Source of the DNA: Spirochaetia bacterium
GTDB lineage: Bacteria > Spirochaetota > Spirochaetia > CAKZLE01
DNA: 64,000 nucleotides
Direction: 5' to 3'
Assembly (NCBI GenBank): GCA_963677595.1
Contig: OY782041.1
Coordinates: 4,096,001-4,160,000, forward strand
The position numbers were made by a program, and so were the translations under genes. This document shows positions 56,957 to 64,000 of the stretch, one piece after another (position 1 is the stretch's first letter; each line of letters starts with the position of its first letter). The notes beneath the pieces are model-generated. The model saw nothing but the letters and a program-made list of their open reading frames with translations. It was not told the DNA's origin and searched no databases.

Positions 56957-57384
56957 ATGCTCCCCTCTTCTCCACCAGGGAAGGTCCGTACCAGCGTCAC
57001 CCCGCAGCCCTCGTCATCGGGGAAGAAACCTCCCCCTCCGGGAACGGTACTGCAGTCACGATAGAATGAGCAGAGGGCCTTCCGTGCCGAGACACTGACC
57101 CTGCTTACGGCAGGGTACTCTTCCCTGATCTGCTCGATGATCCGCAATGCGAGCTTCTGCATGAGGTTGAACCGTTCCTTGGTCGTGATCCTCTCTATGA
57201 TCGCGAAGATCTCTGGATAATTCACGATCCCGTTGATGGAATCCTCATCGCAGGCTGCGCTCATGTCGGCGCTGACTTCGGCATCGATGACGAATCGCTG
57301 GCCTTGCTTGATCTGTTCCGGTGTCGCCCCGTGATAGGCATAGAACACCGCTCCCTGTACCAGTATGGTATATTGTGAACTCAT
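56953..57384 (-). CDS. FolB T-fold homolog, type A, copy 2
   Basis: FYAYHG, GQRF.ID, VNY, FNLMQKLA, ARK plus Cys/Gly-rich insertion. Confidence 0.82.
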   Translation of the reverse strand: MSSQYTILVQGAVFYAYHGATPEQIKQGQRFVIDAEVSADMSAACDEDSINGIVNYPEIFAIIERITTKERFNLMQKLALRIIEQIREEYPAVSRVSVSARKALCSFYRDCSTVPGGGGFFPDDEGCGVTLVRTFPGGEEGSI

Positions 57385-57413
57385 AGTCCCTCCAATCCTG
57401 TCGGATACCGGTG

Positions 57414-57608
57414 CTAATCCGGAAACTTGTCCGAAGCCAGGGATCCCCCGATCGCCCAGTCTGATTTCTTATAGTCACTGAACGAGATGATGACGCTCTC
57501 CCTAGGAACTTTCGCGATCTCCACCACGCTTTCAGTGATCTCGTTGGTGAGCTCCCGTTTCTGTTCCACGGTCCGGCCTTCCCATAACATGACATTGATG
57601 AACGGCAT
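57414..57608 (-). CDS. 4-oxalocrotonate tautomerase family protein, copy 2
   Basis: N-terminal Pro, EGRTVEQKREL, WAIGG. Confidence 0.9.
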   Translation of the reverse strand: MPFINVMLWEGRTVEQKRELTNEITESVVEIAKVPRESVIISFSDYKKSDWAIGGSLASDKFPD

Positions 57609-57635
57609 ATGTGACTTCTCCTTCGTAACGTATAT

Positions 57636-57667
57636 CTGTCCCTGCAGCCTCGTATCTGCAGGGACAG
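57636..57667 (-). terminator. Stem-loop between duplicated cassettes
   Basis: CTGTCCCTGCAG-N8-CTGCAGGGACAG. Confidence 0.65.
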
Positions 57668-57681
57668 GGTAAGTCAGTACA

Positions 57682-58059
57682 TTATGTGGTCAGGGTGAAC
57701 CCGATAAACTCCACATTCGAGCCAGGTATAGCAGGATACGGTTCCTTCACAGTGACAGTGACCTGCTCTATGGGTGTGCTGGAAGCACCCCTGACCTCAT
57801 CAGAGATACGCTGGGCAACCTTCTGGATGGTCTTGTAGTGCTCCTGGGTGATCACCTGCTGCGTGATCTGGAAGAGGTCCGTATACGTAAGACCACTGGA
57901 GAGCTTGTCTTCGGCGAACTGGTTGGACATATCGAGGACGACCTCGATATCAACGATGAATTTGGTTCCCATGACGTTCTGCTCATGGGTGAGTCCGTGG
58001 TTCCCCCAGAAGATCATGCCGTTCGATTTCAATATATCCATATCTTTCATGTGTTCCAT
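57682..58059 (-). CDS. FolB T-fold homolog, type B, copy 1
   Basis: About 10 substitutions in 122 aligned residues versus 56588-56956 (counted by eye). Confidence 0.8.
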   Translation of the reverse strand: MEHMKDMDILKSNGMIFWGNHGLTHEQNVMGTKFIVDIEVVLDMSNQFAEDKLSSGLTYTDLFQITQQVITQEHYKTIQKVAQRISDEVRGASSTPIEQVTVTVKEPYPAIPGSNVEFIGFTLTT

Positions 58060-58065
58060 CCTCCC

Positions 58066-58479
58066 CTAGTTCTCGAAATTCCGTAGTAATGTGACACCGC
58101 TTCCCCCGTCATCGGAGATGAAGCCGCCGCCGCCGGGAATAGTCTTGCAGTCCCGGTAATAGGGGCACAATGACTTCCTGGCCGAGATCTTGACACTGCT
58201 CACATCCGGGAACTCTGCCTTGACCTGCTCGATGATCCGCAATGCGAGTTTCTGCATGAGGTTGAACCGCTCATTGGTCGTGATCTTCTCGACGATGTCG
58301 TAGATTGCCGGGTAGTTCACCAGCCCCTCTACGGAATCTTCCTCACAGGCCTTACTCATGTCAGCACTGACTTCAGCGTCGATGATGAACCGCTGGCCCT
58401 GCTTGATCTGTTCCGGTGTCGCCCCATGGTAGGCATAGAACACCGCACCCTGCACTAATACTGTATGCTTCATACTCAT
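58066..58479 (-). CDS. FolB T-fold homolog, type A, copy 1
   Basis: FYAYHG, GQRFIID, VNYP, FNLMQKLA, ARKSLCPYYRDC..PGGGGF. Confidence 0.82.
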   Translation of the reverse strand: MSMKHTVLVQGAVFYAYHGATPEQIKQGQRFIIDAEVSADMSKACEEDSVEGLVNYPAIYDIVEKITTNERFNLMQKLALRIIEQVKAEFPDVSSVKISARKSLCPYYRDCKTIPGGGGFISDDGGSGVTLLRNFEN

Positions 58480-58545
58480 AGTTTCCTCTTCCTCCTGTTC
58501 CTTATTTCATAGGTTACGTGTTATGTCTTAGCTTCAAACTGTATG

Positions 58546-58743
58546 TTATGAATGCATGATCTTGTCGGAGGCGAGATAGCCCCCCTCTGCCCAATCGGAT
58601 CTCCGGTAATCGGTGAACGCGATGATCACGCTCTCCCTGGGTACTTTCGCGATCTTCACCACACTATCGGTGATCGCTGTAGTGAGTTCCCGTTTCTGCT
58701 CCACGGTCCTTCCTTCCCATAACATGACTTCTACAAATGGCAT
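58546..58743 (-). CDS. 4-oxalocrotonate tautomerase family protein, copy 1
   Basis: N-terminal Pro, EGRTVEQKREL, WAEGG. Confidence 0.9.
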   Translation of the reverse strand: MPFVEVMLWEGRTVEQKRELTTAITDSVVKIAKVPRESVIIAFTDYRRSDWAEGGYLASDKIMHS

Positions 58744-59125
58744 TGTGTGCTCCTTTCTGCATCATAAGTGCCAGAATGACGAACGGTTCTTCTTCTCATC
58801 CCATCCTCACATCTATTTTTCTCATATCATACATTTTAGTATGTTTTTAACATCATGCATCCTCTCCATCACATAAGCATGTATCTGGAAAAGCTTGCAA
58901 ATCACTTGGAAAAACTACGTATTATGCTCTATAAAAACAATTTATTCAAAATCATTGATAGCAGCTCACGTAGTGAGCTGGTGTTGCTGCATCTACAGTA
59001 TTATCTGTTTTCTACTCCAAGGTCAATCATAAATGAGAATTTATTTCATATATATTATTATTTATGAAATTTTTTCTCTTGCAGTATGACAAGTAACCCC
59101 CTTCACTAATAGAACCGGCTGCCCC

Positions 59126-60460
59126 TTACTGCTTCAGGAACGCATCCAGATCCACTGCAGGATAGGTGACTCGCTTGTAATCATCCTTGATCTTGAGGTC
59201 GATGGTCGCATCGATCGCGAACTTCGTCTGCATCCCCTCCTCATCAGTTGTTGGATCGTTCTCCATGCCCTGGGCATAGGGGATGGTGATGATGTCCTTC
59301 TTCGCATCCACCCTGGTAGACATGGCCCAGAGGATGTCGCTCGGCATGTAGATGTTCACATCGGGATCGACGATAACGGCGATCTTGATGTTCACATGCG
59401 TCATGAGCGCTGCAAGGGCAACATTCTTCGGTTCCCCCGAATTGGTCTTGTTCAGGGCGATGACCGCCATGAAGCCGCCGGTATAGGGGGTAAGATGAAC
59501 GTCCGTTACATTGGGTGAGACGTGAGTGACCATCCGTTTCAGCATGGGTTCTCGAGAAAGCACGTTGCCGACATTCACATGTTCGTTGGATGCAGGGACG
59601 ATGGTCTGGTAGATCGGGTCATTCCGGTATGAGATGGAAGTCACCTCGATGACCGGCATATCTCTATGCTCGCCGTAGTGCCCGGTGAACTCAGCCAGGG
59701 GACCTTCGTCCTCCCACTCCTTCACCTTCACATAGCCTTCGACGAGGATCTCGGTATCGGCAGGCACATTGATACCGACAGAGCCGGCAGCGACTTTCAG
59801 GGGTGCCCCGTTCAGTGCCCCTGCCAACATGGCCTCATCCTCATCGATACGGAACCCTGTGGACATCTCGACAGCCGGGTCCACGCCGATAGCGATCGCT
59901 ATGGGCATATTCTCCCCTTTTGCCTCATATTTCCGGAAGAACTGGAAGATATGCCGCCATTCGTTCATCATGAGACCCAGTTTCCTCGGCCCTTTCACCT
60001 GCAGGCGGTTGAACGAGAAGTTCTGCCGGCCTGTCTCGGGGTCCTTGGAGACGATGATGCCCCCCGTGATATAGGGGCCGGCATCGCCGGGATTATGATA
60101 GGGGATGGGCAGCTGTTCCCGGAGGTTGATATCATCACCAGTGATGCGGTTCTCCAAAAACGGAGGGTTCTCAACAAGTTCCGGCTCGATCAGGTTCCCC
60201 AGGGCGGCATCCACCTTCTGGTTGATCTCCGGTTCTCTACAGTCGAGTGCCAATGCGATACGCTTCATCGTACCAAGGACACCCCCGATCACCGGGATCC
60301 CCGAGGGGTGGTCGGTATTGGTGAACAAGCCTGCAGGCCTGCTCTCCTTCTCCATGGCATCCTCGATCGCCGCGAACTCGAAGTCGAGCTTCACACGTTT
60401 ATCTATCTCGAGCAATTGCCCGTTCTGTCTCAGTTTCTCCAGGAATGATCTCAATTCCAT
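59126..60460 (-). CDS. UbiD-family prFMN-dependent (de)carboxylase (second paralog)
   Basis: DAGPYIT, NFSFNR, IGVDP, EGPLAEFTGHY, VIVDPDVNI, AIDAT. Confidence 0.93.
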   Translation of the reverse strand: MELRSFLEKLRQNGQLLEIDKRVKLDFEFAAIEDAMEKESRPAGLFTNTDHPSGIPVIGGVLGTMKRIALALDCREPEINQKVDAALGNLIEPELVENPPFLENRITGDDINLREQLPIPYHNPGDAGPYITGGIIVSKDPETGRQNFSFNRLQVKGPRKLGLMMNEWRHIFQFFRKYEAKGENMPIAIAIGVDPAVEMSTGFRIDEDEAMLAGALNGAPLKVAAGSVGINVPADTEILVEGYVKVKEWEDEGPLAEFTGHYGEHRDMPVIEVTSISYRNDPIYQTIVPASNEHVNVGNVLSREPMLKRMVTHVSPNVTDVHLTPYTGGFMAVIALNKTNSGEPKNVALAALMTHVNIKIAVIVDPDVNIYMPSDILWAMSTRVDAKKDIITIPYAQGMENDPTTDEEGMQTKFAIDATIDLKIKDDYKRVTYPAVDLDAFLKQ

Positions 60461-60519
60461 ATTCTTCTCCTCACCATGAATCGTTCGTTCCCTGTATAGA
60501 TCGACCGTAAGGGCTATCT

Positions 60520-61326
60520 CTATTTCAGGATCCCCTCTTTCACGAATGTCTGCCGAATCTCGGAGGCATGCTTCTGGAACTCCGGGGTATCCTGGATACT
60601 CAGGTCCCTCGGACGTTTCAGGTCAACAAGTTCTTTCTTGTACAGCACCTTGCCGGGCCGTTTCGACATGACCAGGACCCGGTCTGCCAGGAAGACAGCC
60701 TCGTATATATTGTGGGTGATGAACAGGAGCGTATTACAGTTTTTCTGCCAGATCTTGACCAGGTCGGCAGTCATCTGTTCCCGGGTGAGGGAATCGAGAG
60801 CTCCGAACGGTTCATCCATCAGCAGTAAGGGGGGGCTTGTTATCAGCGCCCTGCAGATCGACACGCGCTGTCTCATCCCCCCGGACAGTTCATAGGGGTA
60901 CCGGTTCTCGAAGCCAGCGAGCCCCACCATGTCGAGGAGCTCGAATGCCCGCTCACGATACTTCTCTGCCGGTCCGAGCTTCTTTATCTCTATTGGGAGC
61001 AGGATATTGTCCAGCACCGTCCGCCAGTCCATCAGGAAGTCCTGCTGGAAGACGAACCCGATATCGGTGTAGGGATTCTTCACCACCGTATCGGCGATCT
61101 TGATCTCCCCGGTTGTGCTCTTGATAAGCCCGCTGATGAGCATCAGCAGCGTACTCTTGCCGCAGCCGCTCGGGCCCACTATCGAGAGGAACTCTCCCGC
61201 CTTGATATCAAGGGAGATCTCATCAAGGGCCAGCAGCGGCCCGTCAGACGTATCATATACCTTGCTTACTCCTGAGATGCTTATAGGAAGGCCTTTTGAA
61301 CGGCCGTCTTTTTCAATGTCAGTCAC
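60520..61326 (-). CDS. ABC ATPase, NitT/TauT family
   Basis: GPSGCGKST, YP.ELSGGMRQR, LMDEPFGALD, ITH...EAVFLADR. Confidence 0.95.
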   Translation of the reverse strand: MTDIEKDGRSKGLPISISGVSKVYDTSDGPLLALDEISLDIKAGEFLSIVGPSGCGKSTLLMLISGLIKSTTGEIKIADTVVKNPYTDIGFVFQQDFLMDWRTVLDNILLPIEIKKLGPAEKYRERAFELLDMVGLAGFENRYPYELSGGMRQRVSICRALITSPPLLLMDEPFGALDSLTREQMTADLVKIWQKNCNTLLFITHNIYEAVFLADRVLVMSKRPGKVLYKKELVDLKRPRDLSIQDTPEFQKHASEIRQTFVKEGILK

Positions 61327-61399
61327 AGTTCTCTCCTCTTCAACACGTCGCCATGTGTTGTGATCCGTTGTCATCGTATGCTCTCATACGTAGATCGTA

Positions 61400-62236
61400 T
61401 TATTCTTTCCTGCTTGGGTCACCCTTGATGGCGACTCGTTCGATCATATTGACGATGTTAAACAGGACGATCCCCATCAGGGACAGCAGGATCAGTATGG
61501 CGAAGACCATGGGTGTGTCGAGGTTCCCCCCGGCTACTACCTGGTAATAGCCAAGTCCCTTGTTTGCCGCAACATACTCCCCTACTACGGCACCGACGAC
61601 CGAGAGGGTGATCCCGACCTTCAAGCCGCCGAAGATGTTCGGCAATGCCTGCGGTACACGGAACTTCCAGAACTGCTGCATCCCGCTCGCCCCGAGCGAC
61701 CTCGCAAGGTACAGCATTTCCCGGCTGATCGACTTGAGGCCGATGACCGTGTTCACGATGATCGGGAAGAAACAGACCAGGAACGCCACGAAGAGCTTCG
61801 GAAAAATGCTGAATCCCCACCAGGATACCAGGATAGGCGCTAATGCCACCTTAGGGATCGCCTGGGCGGAGACAAGCAGCGCATAAGCCGTCTTCTCGAA
61901 GAGGGGGACATAGACGATCAGGATCGCCAGGGGGAACCCGATACCCATGGCGATACCGAACCCGAGCAGCACTTCATACAGGGTCACCCAGCCATGTTTG
62001 GCCAGGACCTGCCAGTGCGCGGCAACAGCCTTGACGATCACTGAAGGTGCCGGGACCAGGTATTCAGGCGTATTGAGCACCCGGACCAGGACCTCCCACA
62101 GGATTACCAGGAAAACAACTGATAGGATCGTGTACATATTATTCTTGAAGAACGTGAGGAATATCCCGTTCTTCTTTTTCTTAGCCGCCTCACTTCGTTT
62201 ATCAGCGGTCACGTTAGTTCCTGATATCTCTGCCAT
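61400..62236 (-). CDS. ABC permease, NitT/TauT family
   Basis: PAPS, IPKVALAP, FFPIIVNT..GL, GAVVGE....KGLG. Confidence 0.93.
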   Translation of the reverse strand: MAEISGTNVTADKRSEAAKKKKNGIFLTFFKNNMYTILSVVFLVILWEVLVRVLNTPEYLVPAPSVIVKAVAAHWQVLAKHGWVTLYEVLLGFGIAMGIGFPLAILIVYVPLFEKTAYALLVSAQAIPKVALAPILVSWWGFSIFPKLFVAFLVCFFPIIVNTVIGLKSISREMLYLARSLGASGMQQFWKFRVPQALPNIFGGLKVGITLSVVGAVVGEYVAANKGLGYYQVVAGGNLDTPMVFAILILLSLMGIVLFNIVNMIERVAIKGDPSRKE

Positions 62237-62336
62237 AAAGCGTATCACCTCATATGTTGGATTTCAGTAGTGGGGCCAGACCCGTCATGTGTCCAGCCCC
62301 ATGCTGGATGTTTATCATCTCACGTTCTCTGCGTCC

Positions 62337-63368
62337 CTACATCTCTATGAATTCATTCGTGTAGTAGTTGCCGACCGGTTCTCGAGAGTCGATAGCACCA
62401 TTGTCATACAGGATCGAGATAGTCTGCTCGAGGCTGTCCTCAGAGATCCAACCCAATGGTTTGCCCTCGGTCTCCGGGGTAGTGAACAGTTCGATGGTCC
62501 TCTCGACCTGCTTTCGCGTGATCTCCTTCACGAGAGAATCAGGGAAGAGTGCAGACATGATATCTGCAGCTTCCACAGGATGTGCTACCGTGTATTCTGC
62601 ACCTCTCCGGACAGCCCGGTTGACAGCTGCGACGATCTCAGGATTCTCCTCGATATATTCTGTCGAAGCAACGATACCGTGGGCCATCATGTTGAACCCG
62701 TAATCGCCGAGGAAGAAATAGTTGAATTCCATCCCCATCTTCGCTTCCATGGTAGCGAGGTCATTGGTAGCGTATCCACCCATCATCTCTACGTCCCCGT
62801 TCAGGAAAGCAGCAGTCTTGGCACCCCAGTCTGCGATGACCAGTTCCACACTGTCAGGATCAACTCCATTGTATGACAGGAACGCATCCAGGACTACCGG
62901 CAGTGACCCTCCAGCTGTCTCAACAACCTTCTTCCCAGCCATATCGGCAGGCCCGTCCAGTTTCACGTCCGGCATCGCCATGACGACCTGGGGAAGCTTC
63001 TGCAGGATACAGGAGGTCATCTTGACATCCATGCCTTTCGTTCGTGCCACGATCATGTCATCAGCTGCAAGATAGGAGAACTGGTCATCCCCGGAGATGA
63101 GCAGCTGGATAGGAGTCGCTTTCTCAGAACCTTCGAGGATGTTGATGTCTATCCCCTCCTCCTCGAAGTACCCCTTCTCCTGGGCTACGAAGAGATGCGA
63201 ATATTCACCCTTAACCAGCCAGCTGAGCCTCAGGTTGATCGGGGTGAGCCCACCCTCTTCTTCGACTGTCTCTGCTGCCCCGCCTGCGAAACAGAGCGCT
63301 GAGACACTTAATACCATCAATACGACCATAGCCGTCTTCCAGAATCTTTTTCCTCGTACCATACTCAT
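62337..63368 (-). CDS. ABC solute-binding protein, NMT1/THI5-like
   Basis: LRLSW.......FVAQEKGYFEEEGI; signal ...CFAGGAAE. Confidence 0.88.
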   Translation of the reverse strand: MSMVRGKRFWKTAMVVLMVLSVSALCFAGGAAETVEEEGGLTPINLRLSWLVKGEYSHLFVAQEKGYFEEEGIDINILEGSEKATPIQLLISGDDQFSYLAADDMIVARTKGMDVKMTSCILQKLPQVVMAMPDVKLDGPADMAGKKVVETAGGSLPVVLDAFLSYNGVDPDSVELVIADWGAKTAAFLNGDVEMMGGYATNDLATMEAKMGMEFNYFFLGDYGFNMMAHGIVASTEYIEENPEIVAAVNRAVRRGAEYTVAHPVEAADIMSALFPDSLVKEITRKQVERTIELFTTPETEGKPLGWISEDSLEQTISILYDNGAIDSREPVGNYYTNEFIEM

Positions 63369-63445
63369 CTTCTCCTCCTGTGGAATATATATATGATCGG
63401 TCTTTCATATTGCCGTCACATACCAAACATCATAAGCCGTAAGGA

Positions 63446-64000
63446 TCACGACCTGCTCTCTACCCCTGCTTTCATGCACAAGGATACTTCCGCTAAGCGA
63501 TTACCGACATTGATAAGGCTCTCACAGCCGATCTCGTCATCGTCCACGCCCTTCCTACCATTGTCCTTCGACCAGACCATCGCCCCGGTGTAGTTCCCCG
63601 GTTCATTGCCTACGAAGATGATGCCTCGTGTCAGACACGCATGCGCGATAGCACTCACGGTCATCTCCTGACCCCCGTGGCGTGTCCCGCCGACCGAGAT
63701 CGCTGAGGCGAGCTTGTTCCGTAAGACCCCACCCTTCAGCTTATGCAGGCATCGCATCCTGGTGAACAGCGCATGGAGCTGCGGTGTCACACTCATCACA
63801 TACACCGGGCTTGCGAAGAGGAAGGCATCAGCCTCCTTCAGCTTGGGATACAGCTGCTGCATGTCATCATCGATGATGCAGAGACTGTCGTGCTTCTTAC
63901 AGTAGTTGCAGTGGTTGCATGGCGCTATATCCATGCCCTTCAATGCCACGATCTCCGTCTCCACTCCCTCATGCTTCGCAGCCTCTGAGAGGGCGATCTC
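63446..64000 (-). CDS. Iron-sulfur flavoprotein, 5' end outside window
   Basis: CNHCNYC....C, ASPVY, GGTRHGGQE, YTGAMVWS; frame open to window edge. Confidence 0.88.
   Translation of the reverse strand, partial: EIALSEAAKHEGVETEIVALKGMDIAPCNHCNYCKKHDSLCIIDDDMQQLYPKLKEADAFLFASPVYVMSVTPQLHALFTRMRCLHKLKGGVLRNKLASAISVGGTRHGGQEMTVSAIAHACLTRGIIFVGNEPGNYTGAMVWSKDNGRKGVDDDEIGCESLINVGNRLAEVSLCMKAGVESRS

Larger units (their letters stand above)
56588..58743 (-). repeat. Tandem duplication (~1.1 kb unit) of a 4-OT/folB-A/folB-B cassette
   Basis: Same gene order and near-identical proteins; folB-B stop codons are 1094 bp apart. Confidence 0.92.

Noticed and set aside
46549-58479. Annotating the folB-like genes as a folate biosynthesis operon
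   Set aside because: No folE/folK/folP nearby, five copies, anchor Glu replaced, and a catabolic neighbourhood; gene symbol withheld.
1-64000. CRISPR arrays, tRNA/rRNA, IS elements, prophage or defence genes
   Set aside because: None recognised by eye: no regularly spaced short repeats, transposase or integrase motifs.

Overview
Bacterial chromosomal window, most likely from a free-living Spirochaetota (Sphaerochaeta/Spirochaeta-like). This rests on the mraZ-rsmH-ftsL-murF-mraY order, the DegT-like/NAD kinase/recN block and Cys-less 'FAxGxxE' solute-binding protein leaders. 1-12 kb is housekeeping: start of the dcw cluster, GH57/DUF4912 glycogen genes, recN, nadK. 12-26 kb is a GntR-associated anaerobic purine-degradation-like cluster: YgeW-like carbamoyltransferase, DHOD/PreA-like flavoprotein, two xanthine dehydrogenase (XDH)-family enzymes, SsnA-like amidohydrolase and two YgeY-like M20 hydrolases. 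26-64 kb is a catabolic region containing a third XDH-family enzyme, a second DHOD-like/amidohydrolase pair, three ABC importers, a GH3 glycosidase, two AOR-family enzymes, ALDH, Fe-ADH, two UbiD decarboxylases, three iron-sulfur flavoproteins, two 4-OT tautomerases and five FolB (dihydroneopterin aldolase)-fold proteins. By eye alignment, all five FolB homologs have Gln in place of the pterin-anchoring Glu. The best candidate for an undescribed system is an anaerobic lumazine/pteridine (possibly glycoside) degradation pathway feeding purine-type ring cleavage. This is an inference and has not been tested. All calls come from motif recognition; no database searches were run.
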